Assembly (NCBI GenBank): GCA_031385045.1
Contig: JANNBC010000013.1
Span: forward strand, 42,880-106,879
DNA length: 64,000 nucleotides
Source of the DNA: a bacterium
GTDB taxonomy: Bacteria > Bdellovibrionota_C > UBA2361 > CALJRW01
Reading direction: 5' to 3'
In this document: one piece after another, positions 18,405 through 28,891 of the stretch
Numbering within the stretch: the first letter of the stretch is position 1
Layout: every line of letters starts with the position of its first letter
Notes under the pieces: generated by a model
What the model saw: the letters and a program-made list of their open reading frames with translations, nothing else
Database searches by the model: none
Told to the model about the DNA's origin: nothing
Made by a program: the position numbers and the translations under genes

Positions 18405-20405
18405 CTAATTATTAATTACTGCCTTTCCTAAAAACTGGAAACTAACTTGTGGGTGATTTTTTTTAGAGTTAAAAACTCGAACCTTACCATCAGGCAGTGA
18501 TTCCAGCTCGTAATCATTGATTATTTCACTAGCTTCATGATTAGCTGCAACTAAGATAATGCCTCGATCTGTTTGAATAAAATCTAATGCTGGTAAATCT
18601 TCTCTCAATAATCGAAGAAAACTTTTATATGAATAATCAGTAATTAAGGAGTTATTAATCACTAAAGTTGGAGTTTCTGAATCCAAATTTCCAACTAAGC
18701 CAATTGGAGTGATTTCAGCAATCGTAAATGGGATTGCCTTTTCTGTGATCAGCTCATCCTCTTGATCTCTAAAGAAGAGTCCAGTGTATCCTTCTTCTCC
18801 AACGAACAAACAACAAATCTCTTCCTTGTTATAGTAATGCACACCGATCAAGGCTCCAAAGATTTCTCTCTGCTCAAGACTAACTAAATGATTCGCACAG
18901 TAAAAAGTAAGTGTTCCATCTCGTGCACTCTCTGCTAAGCAAGTCAGCTCATTATTCTCATTTACATGAATCCCAATTGGCCAATTGGGATTATTTGGAA
19001 ATTTAACTGAACGTAAATTAAACATCTGCAAAGGATCTAAGATCAGTTTCCATCCAGTGCTGGAACATAGTAATTCTGGGATAATTGCTTTCGAACTGGG
19101 AAGGACGTGACAAGGCATACTAGTAATAAAAATACTATTCTCACTCTCCTGCAAAAATTCGCCATTAAAAATACAGTGCTTCTGTCCAGCAGTCTGAACT
19201 ATGGCGTTTCCAGTAGCATGAAACTCTGGACAAGCTTGAAAAGCTTCCACTTGTTGCTGATTAATTAGAAAAATAGCATTAATAATAGGATAACCTTCAG
19301 CACATAAAGAAACAATACAAAGTGCCCGACCCCGATCTTCAATTGTTGCTTGAAAAAAAAGTTTCCCTTGATAAAAAACCGGTGAGGTTTCTAGCTCCAT
19401 TGCTAAGATTCCATCGAAGGAAGGATCGTTACTTAAAAAATCTGAATCTTCTAATTGAAAACTACTTAAATCATAATTCAGAAATGGTAAGCTCCGATCA
19501 TCTTTTGTCAGCTCGCCCCAAAATACAATTTGAGACTTGCCTTTAATTTCAACTAAGGCTGAGTGAATATCAAAGATTGGGTAATCATCAACCGAGAGCT
19601 TCTCATGTAACTCGCCCTCTTTAATTAAGTAAACAAACTTACTTGTAGCAATAATCCCAGTAGGCTTTTTTGTTTCCTTAAGAAATTCGGCATTAATAAA
19701 GTCACCATCTAAATCTACAGGGAAAATCTGATTAGACTGAAAAAGATATAACTCTCGGCCAACTTGATACACCCCTAAGGTCTGGCCGAAATCATTATAA
19801 GCCAAAACATTGAAACGATTCGGCGTAATCAAGCCAACTTTTAACATTGGCTTGCCATTAACTAATGAATAGAGATGCGTCTGATCTGCAGTGCTCGCAT
19901 CTAAATCTAACACCTCAACAATTGCCTTATTTTGAGCTGGAGCAATTTCTAGAACTCTTTTGATTCGTCCTACTTTCGTATCAATCAATACTTGTCCACT
20001 AATAAGTGGAAACTGACTGCCATAATATTCGACAACTCCATACTTCTCACCTAAAACTTGCCACCGATCTTGTACTTTAGAAATTATAGTACAGGCTAAG
20101 AGTTCATTTAAAATTCCTTCTGCCGGCAAAAAAACACCCTGATTAGCTTTTAATTGAGTGATAGATTTAAGAGCAGTAGTAAGAGATTGATCATCAACGA
20201 CAGTCGGAATCACTGCCTTCCCAAAATCAAACTCCTTAATTACTCTAACTGCATTTGCGGGATCTTTTGTTAGATCTAGTTTAAGAATTGCTACGAGCGC
20301 GAAACAAGCCCGATAAAGATCAGAACGTAAGCTCCGTGGTAAGCTTTCTTCGCACTTAACAGCATTTACAAGAACAGGAAGACTTTGGACTAAATCTGAC
20401 AACAT
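18405..20405 (-). CDS. Large hypothetical protein
   Basis: 666-aa open frame, beta-strand-like composition, no recognised motif. Confidence 0.65.
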   Translation of the reverse strand: MLSDLVQSLPVLVNAVKCEESLPRSLRSDLYRACFALVAILKLDLTKDPANAVRVIKEFDFGKAVIPTVVDDQSLTTALKSITQLKANQGVFLPAEGILNELLACTIISKVQDRWQVLGEKYGVVEYYGSQFPLISGQVLIDTKVGRIKRVLEIAPAQNKAIVEVLDLDASTADQTHLYSLVNGKPMLKVGLITPNRFNVLAYNDFGQTLGVYQVGRELYLFQSNQIFPVDLDGDFINAEFLKETKKPTGIIATSKFVYLIKEGELHEKLSVDDYPIFDIHSALVEIKGKSQIVFWGELTKDDRSLPFLNYDLSSFQLEDSDFLSNDPSFDGILAMELETSPVFYQGKLFFQATIEDRGRALCIVSLCAEGYPIINAIFLINQQQVEAFQACPEFHATGNAIVQTAGQKHCIFNGEFLQESENSIFITSMPCHVLPSSKAIIPELLCSSTGWKLILDPLQMFNLRSVKFPNNPNWPIGIHVNENNELTCLAESARDGTLTFYCANHLVSLEQREIFGALIGVHYYNKEEICCLFVGEEGYTGLFFRDQEDELITEKAIPFTIAEITPIGLVGNLDSETPTLVINNSLITDYSYKSFLRLLREDLPALDFIQTDRGIILVAANHEASEIINDYELESLPDGKVRVFNSKKNHPQVSFQFLGKAVINN

Positions 20406-20566
20406 TAGAGTAAAGTAACATTTTTTAAATGTTAAACAACTTCCAATTGTAACTAAATAAGGAATAGATATTTATTTACAAGCTAGTATGAATTTTCTAT
20501 ATTCATCAAAATTTTGTCTTTACTAGCCTAGTGCTATTTCCCAATTAAATCTGAAGTAACCAAGCT

Positions 20567-21331
20567 GTGCTCCCATTAATTCAACCAACTCAAAAAGTAG
20601 CTCTAGAAATTGAGTTTAAATATCTATTACAAGATCCCGCTCCTAAACTATTGCAACAACTAGCTTTAAGTCCAATTCAAAAATTTATTGCTCAATATCA
20701 TTTCAGCCGAGACTTAAGCCAGGCGATGCTACTACCAATCATGAGAGAACTTTGCCCAGAACAAATAGCATCGGTTGATGCTACTAGATTAAAGGGTCGA
20801 GTCCGAAAACTCACAGTGGATGATCAAGTAAAATATATTCTTGGATTAAAGGGCCCGAAAGACGAAGCATTCAAACGACTAAATATCGTTTCTAAACCAG
20901 AAATTGAAGCGGAGTGTACAGAAGCAGAGTTTAAAAAACTAAAGAGAAATGCAGATAAAGGATATATTATTAAACAGCGCACTGTAGTTCCCTGTACCGT
21001 TTTACATGAAGGAACTACTTATCAACTACAAGCTGAGTTTGATAAAGTTACTACTGTTAATGGTTATCATTTAAGACCAAATTTTCTAATTATGGAAATC
21101 GAAGTTCCAGAAGAAAATTCAACTAAGATCATTCAAGCCGTAAGGAAAGGAATTGTCACCTTACACTTGCTAGATATGGATTTAAATCTTGATACTCTGA
21201 ATAAAATCGAAATACCAATTGATTGCGCCGAAGACTACGCTGACTTAATGGCCAGTAGTAAGCTAGTTGAGAACATCCATCATAAACATGGACCAGTGAG
21301 ACATCTTAAGAAATTCTTTGACTTAGCCTAA
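20567..21331 (+). CDS. CYTH-like (triphosphate tunnel metalloenzyme) domain protein
   Basis: N-terminal EIEFKYL (ExExK) motif, RVRK, LGLKG, EIE and EIEV. Confidence 0.7.
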   Translation: MLPLIQPTQKVALEIEFKYLLQDPAPKLLQQLALSPIQKFIAQYHFSRDLSQAMLLPIMRELCPEQIASVDATRLKGRVRKLTVDDQVKYILGLKGPKDEAFKRLNIVSKPEIEAECTEAEFKKLKRNADKGYIIKQRTVVPCTVLHEGTTYQLQAEFDKVTTVNGYHLRPNFLIMEIEVPEENSTKIIQAVRKGIVTLHLLDMDLNLDTLNKIEIPIDCAEDYADLMASSKLVENIHHKHGPVRHLKKFFDLA

Positions 21332-21341
21332 CTTCGTTGGA

Positions 21342-22925
21342 CTAAAGAGGATCTTTAGAGAGAACGATATCAGCATTTTGAGAAAGAAATAATCTCTCAG
21401 CCCAGTCTCCAGGAAAAAGGATCACATTATTACCATCCACATCTTTAGCTAATGCTGTTTCCATTGGAATTTTTAAAGTATCAGTCTTGTCAGCATATTC
21501 TTTTGGCAACCATCTAATACTATTCCAATTGGTCATTTCAATCCGAGTCTGTGCCCCATACTCACTCTCTAAACGATACTGCACAACTTCAAACTGAAGT
21601 GGACCAACTGCAGCAAGAATTGGATCACGTTGCCCGCCGCCTTGCAGATATAAAGCTTGAACAACACCCTCCTGCAAAAGTTGTTCAAAACCAAGATGGA
21701 ATCTTTTAAATTGAGCGGTTTGATTATTATGAAGATAGGCAAAAAACTCTGGAGCGAAACGAGGGATTTCCTGATAAACAATCGAAGTATCCTCTGTAAC
21801 AGTATCACCAATTCTTAAATCTGAATGACCAATTACTCCGATAATATCTCCCGCAAATGCTTCCTCCACTGTCTCTCGATCTTGACCAAATAATTTATGC
21901 GAACTGGAAAGCCTAAGCGTCTTACCTGTTCGAGTGTGAGTGACACTCATGTCTCTTGAAAATTCTCCAGAACAAACACGAATAAAAGCAATCCGATCGC
22001 GGTGCTTAGGATCCATGTTAGCTTGAATCTTAAAAACAAAACCAGAAAAACTAGGCTTATCTGTTGGAACTAAACCATTAATTCCATGTCTAGCTCTCGG
22101 CTCCGCCGCATAATTTAAAAATTCATCTAATAAAAATTGAATTCCAAAGTTATTAATCGCACTTCCAAAAAAAACTGGAGTTAGTTTTCCAGTTAAGACT
22201 TCTTCATGATTAAAATCAGATCCCGCACCCTCTAGTACTTCTAGTTCCTCTACTACTCTTTCATAAACATCTTCGGCTAAGTGCTTGCGAACTAAAGGAT
22301 CACTAATATCAGCTACTGCCTCTGGTGCACGATAAGAACCACCGGCAACCCTTTCAAATAAGTGAAATTGTCCCCGCATCCGATCGTAAATTCCGCGAAA
22401 ATCATTTCCAGTTCCAAGTGGCCAGTTAACAGCATAAGCACTAATCCCCAAAACGCTTTCCAGTTCATCTAATAGTTCTAAAGGATCCTTAGCCGGTCGA
22501 TCCAACTTATTCATAAAAGTAAAAATGGGAATGCCCCGACGACGACAAATTTCAAATAATTTGCGAGTTTGATTTTCAATCCCCTTACCAGCATCTATCA
22601 CCATGATTACAGCATCAACTGCTGTTAGAACTCGGTACGTATCTTCTGAGAAATCTTTATGTCCCGGAGTATCTAGTAGATTAACAGCATAGCCCCGATA
22701 CTCAAATTGCAGAACTGTTGAGCTGACGGAGATTCCTCGTTTACGTTCCAACTCCATCCAATCTGAAGTTGTTGCTCTTTGATTTTTCTTAGCAGAGACA
22801 GACCCGGCAAGTTGTACAGCTCCACCATAAAGTAAAAACTTTTCTGTTAACGTTGTCTTCCCGGCATCCGGATGGGAAATAATCGCGAAAGTTCTTCGCC
22901 GGGCAATTTGTTCACTAATCTTCAT
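21342..22925 (-). CDS. prfC: Peptide chain release factor 3
   Basis: RRRTFAIISHPDAGKTTLTEK, DTPGH, NKLD, FKIQANMDPKHRDRIAF. Confidence 0.97.
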   Translation of the reverse strand: MKISEQIARRRTFAIISHPDAGKTTLTEKFLLYGGAVQLAGSVSAKKNQRATTSDWMELERKRGISVSSTVLQFEYRGYAVNLLDTPGHKDFSEDTYRVLTAVDAVIMVIDAGKGIENQTRKLFEICRRRGIPIFTFMNKLDRPAKDPLELLDELESVLGISAYAVNWPLGTGNDFRGIYDRMRGQFHLFERVAGGSYRAPEAVADISDPLVRKHLAEDVYERVVEELEVLEGAGSDFNHEEVLTGKLTPVFFGSAINNFGIQFLLDEFLNYAAEPRARHGINGLVPTDKPSFSGFVFKIQANMDPKHRDRIAFIRVCSGEFSRDMSVTHTRTGKTLRLSSSHKLFGQDRETVEEAFAGDIIGVIGHSDLRIGDTVTEDTSIVYQEIPRFAPEFFAYLHNNQTAQFKRFHLGFEQLLQEGVVQALYLQGGGQRDPILAAVGPLQFEVVQYRLESEYGAQTRIEMTNWNSIRWLPKEYADKTDTLKIPMETALAKDVDGNNVILFPGDWAERLFLSQNADIVLSKDPL

Positions 22926-23044
22926 GGATCTTATTTAAAACGTTAAATAACGTCTATCATTTAACTCTTTAAAAAGCCACTTTCTCCATTTAAAAACAAT
23001 ATTTTATACACTAAGAGAACTCTCTAACTGCCCCTGAACAATTA

Positions 23045-23790
23045 CTAGATCGTTGCCAAGGCAAACATGTTACTTAAGCTTTTTAACTGCAGTGCGTGGA
23101 TATTATGAGCTTTGCCTAAGTCTAATAACCTCTGTCCTGAGGCAGTTTGATACTGATGATCTTTAAAGAACTTAATACTATCATCAATAAAACTAGTAGA
23201 ATTGTCATAAGCAAATAAATCACTAGCTCCAAACAATTCCTTATATAAGCTACAACTAATCTTCCACTGCGTTAAGCAATCTGTACTACCTAGATTAAAC
23301 ATGTCAGCATCCTGTAAAATTGCATCCGCCAAATCTTTTGCTGGAACTTGGCAAATCCGCCCATCGGCTCGGCGCTCCATACAAGTCGCCATAATCCTTC
23401 CACCAATTTCATCAAGAGATTTCTGATCAAAAAAATCAGCTAAATTTGCCTTAGCAAACTCCACACTGCGAATTTCATGAGCTTGAGCACCTTCACGTTG
23501 ACCAGTATCATGATAAAAAGCAGCAAATAATAATTTTGTTAACTGCGGATTCTCTACTTTTAATAAATCTACTAATGGTAATTTATGCTCCATACCCCAA
23601 AGGATCATGACGGCCTCAACCACCATCATGGATCTAAATTATGAAAAGACTTCTCCGCTGGTAGGCTTGCTAATAATTCTAATGCCGGCCGCAAAGCTGC
23701 CGCATTTTGCTGAATGAACTCATTCCTTAAATCTTTTGCAAGCCGAAATGTCTCCGTCAGATCCTGAGTTACTACTATTCGTTGCTCCAT
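23045..23790 (-). pseudogene. HD-domain phosphohydrolase split by a frameshift near 23630
   Basis: An upstream ORF 23790-23626 (GGGAG RBS) ends ...SFHNLDP*; the downstream frame has YHDTG, HE..S and DAD. The HNxxH motif is broken at the junction. Confidence 0.7.
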
Positions 23791-24011
23791 AACCACTCCC
23801 TACAAACATTAAAGTTGATAAAAAGAGTTATGAAGCAGTTTAACTTTTGTTGCTTAGCCAATAATTTGGGAATTGCCCATTTTATACCTTGTAAATAGCC
23901 AAAAATCCCTACATAATATCAAAATATGCGATAAAGTATCAAAAACTGCTAAAGAGCATCCACTCTTTAAGACAAGCCAGTGAACATAATTGCAATATTT
24001 ATCACAAAGTT

Positions 24012-25133
24012 ATGCCTGAAAAACATTCTAAATCCTTTAAACAGTTTTTTAATGAGCAATTCGAACTCTGGTCACTAGAGAACAATCTTAGCTTAAGAGA
24101 TCTAGCAGACCGTTGCGGAGTTACCTCCTCCTATCTTGGGCAGGTCAAAAATTATGGTCGAATCCCAGGTCTTCCTGTATTAATCCTTCTGGCCTTTAAC
24201 TTTAAACTTTCTAAGCCAGCTGATATTCTAAAAATTGCCGAAATCAATTCTACTTGGCCTTATCGCCCAAATATCAAATTAAAAGATAGCCAAGATGAGA
24301 CTCCTGGATTTATAAATTTTAAAATTGACATGAGTGGTTTTCAAGGAGCGATCAGAGAAATTGTTCGCGACGAAATTCGTCCTCAGAGCTTGCCAGAATT
24401 AAACTCCAAGACAACCCTGCGGATCGGCATCAACCCATTGCAAAGTGGTTTTCAAAACAAATCCAAACAACATATCTTCCAAGAACTTTTCCAACTAATC
24501 ACAGTTAGCATGCATGCTAATTTAGAATTTGTAGAAGTAGATCATCGCAACGCTTTAGAAATGCTAAAATCTGGTCGCCTAGATATTTATGGCCCACTTT
24601 ACATTACCGCCTCAAGAATCGGCCACTACACTTTTTCTGAACCTCTGGGCCACTCCCCAATGTCCGTTTTCTGGAGAACAGCTCCAAGTAAATTCCTAGA
24701 AGAATTGCCTATTCCACAAAATTTACAAGAAATAAAAAAGAACCCATATAAAATAGCAGTCCTAGCAGAAACGTGTAGTCATGATTTTGCTCGTAATATT
24801 TTAAACCTCAACTCAGAAAATCTAATTATCTGTGAAAATCCAGAGGAAATAATTGAACGCGTAACCCTTAGTGGACTAAAAAGATCAGCCCACTTTGCCT
24901 TCTGTGACTTGCTAACATCAAGCTCTATCCAAGAAGACTTTCCATCTTCTGTGAAATTACTTTTTAAAGATAATCCCCTACAGCCAGGATACGACTTATC
25001 AATTGCAGTGAGAGAAGACTGGCCGGACTTCTTAAGAAAACTAAATACCACAATTACTTTTCTAAAATCCCACGGCAGCCTTGAGGATCTCTACCAACGC
25101 CATAGTATTGATTTTTTAAATTTCCAAAAATAA
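24012..25133 (+). CDS. XRE-type HTH regulator fused to a substrate-binding (PBP2/SBP_bac_3-like) domain
   Basis: LSLRDLADRCGVTSSYLGQV HTH; LKSGRLDI...ITASR..YTFSEP and LN..I..LK..GSLEDLY..H SBP motifs; no signal peptide. Confidence 0.75.
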   Translation: MPEKHSKSFKQFFNEQFELWSLENNLSLRDLADRCGVTSSYLGQVKNYGRIPGLPVLILLAFNFKLSKPADILKIAEINSTWPYRPNIKLKDSQDETPGFINFKIDMSGFQGAIREIVRDEIRPQSLPELNSKTTLRIGINPLQSGFQNKSKQHIFQELFQLITVSMHANLEFVEVDHRNALEMLKSGRLDIYGPLYITASRIGHYTFSEPLGHSPMSVFWRTAPSKFLEELPIPQNLQEIKKNPYKIAVLAETCSHDFARNILNLNSENLIICENPEEIIERVTLSGLKRSAHFAFCDLLTSSSIQEDFPSSVKLLFKDNPLQPGYDLSIAVREDWPDFLRKLNTTITFLKSHGSLEDLYQRHSIDFLNFQK

Positions 25134-25139
25134 CGAAAC

Positions 25140-27629
25140 CTAAGGAAGTGCCCGACAAACACTTTGAGTTGACTGCTTAGCACCACGCTGCCCCTTAAAT
25201 TCTAAGTTAATAGTTCCTAAGGTGACTCCATCTTTAGAAAATTGATAGGCAAGATCATATTTCCCCCGCACTCTCGGAATTAGCTTGCCAACTCTTCTAG
25301 CCTTATTAAGTAAGCTTATCTTTTTTGTTTTTGCACATAACTGCTGATCTACACTTACTTGATAGGTAAGTTCCGTATTAAAGCTAACAGAATTTAATGG
25401 AGTAATTTTTAAAACTGCTCGGTGTGCCGAGCTAAACTTATTGCTTACAACCTTTCCATTACTTTTTGAAAACGCGGAGAATTGATAGCGTGCAGTTGGA
25501 GTATAAGGGATCCCCTTCCACTTACTAAGTAATTTACGTAAAGCCTCGGGTGAATTTTCTGGAGGAAGATTTCCTAATTGATCGAGTTGATTGACCCCAT
25601 GACAAGATCCACAAACCCGAATCTCACCAGCTTGAAAAGTTAACCAGTAACGCTCTTTTACTACAGACCCACCCTGAGGATCAGTTAAATGCCAAGTGAG
25701 TGCCCGACTTGCAGGAACAATTGCGGCGACAGATCCATCTTCGGCAATCTCCACACTGCCTACTTGCTGACCAGAAATATTTGCCGAACTAGAATCACGC
25801 ATTGGCTGCGCCAACACTCGCCTTCCAGCCGTAGGCTGATCATGATTTGCATAACCTCTAATTTGATCTCCCTGAAAAATCTGCATCTCACTTAGATCAT
25901 ACACTCGACCAGCATTAGCAATACTTTCAATGCCATTCACAACTCTCAAATTGTAAGGTTGCTGTTCATCACTCTGATCGCGCGAAGTAACATTGCGCAC
26001 AATAATCAAAGCTAATTGTTGATCTAATAAATAATTACGAAAATCTTCTAAAGCCACATTCTCATCAGCAAAAACTTGCCCCTCGATCGGAGATAGCGCA
26101 GCATGTGTTAGTGGAGGACGAACCTTGGCAATTAATTCTACAGGTTGAAGCTCCCAAAGATTCCCATTGTAAGAAGTTAAAACATCAGGACTATACCAAG
26201 TTATGTTCTTAGCAATTCCGGCAGTTAATACTTGAATCGGTCGATAATAACCGCCAACATTACCTAAGACTTTAATTCGATAATCATATCGCGATGCTGG
26301 TGAATTTCCAGTCCCAATATTATCATCTTCTCTTGTCTCTCCAGTATGAGCACTAACTAAACTACCATCAGTAAGCTTTACTGGATCACGATATAAACCC
26401 GAATGATCAGGTGATGGTGTATCAGTATAACTTGAAGTACTACGATGTGTTACATAATTCACACTAATTAAATTAGCACTCATACTTGGCGGAGCCTCTA
26501 AGCTAACGATTTGACCACTAGCATGAGTACTAAATTCAGGACAATCAATTCCATAATATTTCCCAGGTTTGGTCGGGTCTTCTTTGATTTGAAAAAAATT
26601 CTCAATTGGACTTTGATTAGAACGATTAAAACCTTCCCCTGAAAAATCTTCTAGCTCATCATCATCCAAGAATGATTTTGGAAAATAATTATGTAGTTCA
26701 TGACGCCCGATATGATTAAGTGTCTCCATCTCAGAGCCATCTTGATTTAGCATCCAAGGAAAAAATTGATTAAAGCTGTGTAAATTAAGATTTTGGCTTC
26801 CCTCATCAAGTCGCTCTTTTTCATTCCGCGCCTCAGGGAAAAATTCTTGTTGAGAATTAATTCTTTCGGCATTGCTGTCTTCCGATGAATAATTAAACGC
26901 GCCGTATGATGTTAACCCGCCAGCTTGCTGATCTCGTTGTAGGTGATCCCAGCGTGTAAAAATTATTCGACCAAAACTATCAAGCGTCGGATGAAAATCA
27001 CCAGATGGAGCATGATCCATCAAAACTAAAGCCCCAGTACTTGGATTTAATTTCCAAATACCAGTGTTTGTTGGTGCAGATTCATACTCATCTCTTTGTG
27101 GGTAAAGATGCCTCTCCCCGTTCCTTGGCCGATCCGTAACAAATATTATCTGATCATCACTACTATAAATCGGCATGACATTATTAAATGCCACTGGCTG
27201 ATTAGGAACTTTAGTAATTACTGGTGTTTGATTTTTTCCCAAACCAGTAATTTCATATATTTGCCAATAATAACTATTAACTTGATACTGACTTGTGGCA
27301 GAGCCAATTACCATACTAAAGATAACTTTATTCCCATCCCAATGCACAGCAGGATCGCGCACAGCAATAGCAGAATCACCCTGAAAGCTATCACTGCCAT
27401 AGCCAGCACTCTTCGTTAAGTTCTTTAAGGTTCCGTCTTGATATCGAATATACAGATCTCCACCTCTAGGAATCTGATCAAGCCCAGCTAAGTGATTTCC
27501 AAAAGTAGCATTAACCGTAATAAAATCATTCGGATTAGGAATCTGTGTCACAAACACAATATCAGCATTTGGCTCAGAACTAACCAAGGCTGGAATTAGA
27601 ATAAAAACTAGGGACAGAAACAATCTCAT
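25140..27629 (-). CDS. Secreted beta-propeller protein with a hydrazine-synthase-alpha-like middle domain and one c-type heme motif
   Basis: Signal peptide, PAVHWDG..VIFSM, GRIIFTRWDH, DGSVAAIVPA, GEIRVCGSCH (CxxCH). Confidence 0.7.
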   Translation of the reverse strand: MRLFLSLVFILIPALVSSEPNADIVFVTQIPNPNDFITVNATFGNHLAGLDQIPRGGDLYIRYQDGTLKNLTKSAGYGSDSFQGDSAIAVRDPAVHWDGNKVIFSMVIGSATSQYQVNSYYWQIYEITGLGKNQTPVITKVPNQPVAFNNVMPIYSSDDQIIFVTDRPRNGERHLYPQRDEYESAPTNTGIWKLNPSTGALVLMDHAPSGDFHPTLDSFGRIIFTRWDHLQRDQQAGGLTSYGAFNYSSEDSNAERINSQQEFFPEARNEKERLDEGSQNLNLHSFNQFFPWMLNQDGSEMETLNHIGRHELHNYFPKSFLDDDELEDFSGEGFNRSNQSPIENFFQIKEDPTKPGKYYGIDCPEFSTHASGQIVSLEAPPSMSANLISVNYVTHRSTSSYTDTPSPDHSGLYRDPVKLTDGSLVSAHTGETREDDNIGTGNSPASRYDYRIKVLGNVGGYYRPIQVLTAGIAKNITWYSPDVLTSYNGNLWELQPVELIAKVRPPLTHAALSPIEGQVFADENVALEDFRNYLLDQQLALIIVRNVTSRDQSDEQQPYNLRVVNGIESIANAGRVYDLSEMQIFQGDQIRGYANHDQPTAGRRVLAQPMRDSSSANISGQQVGSVEIAEDGSVAAIVPASRALTWHLTDPQGGSVVKERYWLTFQAGEIRVCGSCHGVNQLDQLGNLPPENSPEALRKLLSKWKGIPYTPTARYQFSAFSKSNGKVVSNKFSSAHRAVLKITPLNSVSFNTELTYQVSVDQQLCAKTKKISLLNKARRVGKLIPRVRGKYDLAYQFSKDGVTLGTINLEFKGQRGAKQSTQSVCRALP

Positions 27630-27736
27630 TCAAGAAGTTCTTCGGCAATTTTTCTGAGAAACTGTAAGGTTAAGCCCTAAGATTTAGCTCTATTAAGTTA
27701 ATTGGATTTAAATTATAAGTATTAACAAATACTTAT

Positions 27737-27933
27737 GTAGCCGTTCACGTGCTAGGTAAAAGTCTTTTGCCAAGATGCTCAAAGAAAGCAGATCCAGCTA
27801 TTTCTTTGTCAAAATCTGAACGATTTTGTCCAGTGGTGTGAACGGCTAGTCGTCTCCACCCCCAATTTACTTCGTAAATTGACCCCTTAAAGGGGATTTG
27901 ATCTTTCTTTATATTGACTACCTGAACGCTTAC
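27737..27933. mobile_element. MITE-like non-autonomous element (197 bp) with 8-bp target-site duplication
   Basis: ATACTTAT at 27729-27736 and again at 27934-27941; imperfect terminal IRs GTAGCCGTTCACGT / ACCTGAACGCTTAC; several internal hairpins; no ORF. Confidence 0.75.
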
Positions 27934-27945
27934 ATACTTATTTAA

Positions 27946-28881
27946 CTATTCGGCTATCTGCTTAATAGTTAGCATGCTTTTCCCTGTCTCCTGATCTCGG
28001 ATTTCCAGTGTCTCAACATCCTGATAATCAGCGACACGGGATGTTTGCTCCCGAAGACTTCCAATGAATTTTTGCTTAGCAAACTCTGGCATCATCTCTA
28101 CTGGGAAATCTTTAAAAGTAATAATCAGCTTCGAACCTTCCTTAGCGATAGTTTGAAATTTGCTAGAAGTAATCTCATTATTTTGCAAATAATCAAGCAA
28201 GGCATTCTCAGACACTGGACGATCCAAGGAATTTAAAAAAACCATAAAACGAGAACGCCCTTCTTCATCTGGTGCATTCTTTAAGGCAAGCTCCCCAACC
28301 TTCTTAGCTTCATCTTTTTGATCTGTCTGAGCCAAGGCAATTGCTTTGTAAGCTAATGCTGAAAAATTATTAGCATCTTTCTGTAAAACAATCTCAATCT
28401 CTTTTAAGCCCGCCTCATGCTGATTTAAAAAAATCAAACAACTAGCGTAACGACTTCGCACTTCTAAATCATCCGGAACAAGATTTAGATACTGCTGATA
28501 GTATTCACCAGCTTTAGAAAACACCTTACTCTCAAAAGAAACATTCGCCAGCTCAAGTAACGCATATTTATTTTTAGGATCAACTTTTAAAATCTTTGTC
28601 AGCGTATCTATTAATTCAAAAATTAAATTTCGATCTCGAGTAGCAATAACTTTACCCTTTAAAACTTCGGCTAACTGCTCTAGTACAACAACATCCTCAG
28701 GACTAGCTTCCACCTTCCCACGTAAATCTTTTAGCTCTGGAAAATTATGATTAACCTCAGGCGAGTGCTGTGGAACAAACTCTTTTGTCGGTGGTTTTCC
28801 TATGAAACTAGGCGCTAAGTAGTATGCCCCACCAGCAATTATTAAGACTGGAATAATTAATAAAATCTTTTTAGGAAACAT
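27946..28881 (-). CDS. Membrane-anchored TPR protein
   Basis: N-terminal TM helix followed by TPR-like repeats (LKVDPKN..AL..LA, YLNLVPDD..VR..YA). Confidence 0.8.
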   Translation of the reverse strand: MFPKKILLIIPVLIIAGGAYYLAPSFIGKPPTKEFVPQHSPEVNHNFPELKDLRGKVEASPEDVVVLEQLAEVLKGKVIATRDRNLIFELIDTLTKILKVDPKNKYALLELANVSFESKVFSKAGEYYQQYLNLVPDDLEVRSRYASCLIFLNQHEAGLKEIEIVLQKDANNFSALAYKAIALAQTDQKDEAKKVGELALKNAPDEEGRSRFMVFLNSLDRPVSENALLDYLQNNEITSSKFQTIAKEGSKLIITFKDFPVEMMPEFAKQKFIGSLREQTSRVADYQDVETLEIRDQETGKSMLTIKQIAE

Positions 28882-28891
28882 AATTTATAAT

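Noticed and set aside
20567..23790. CYTH plus HD proteins as a cyclic-nucleotide anti-phage system (Pycsar/CBASS-like)
   Set aside because: Opposite strands, separated by prfC, no effector gene, and the HD gene is frameshifted.
25140..27629. Evidence for anammox metabolism
   Set aside because: Only an HZS-alpha-like domain with a single heme motif; no hzsB/C, hao or hdh nearby.
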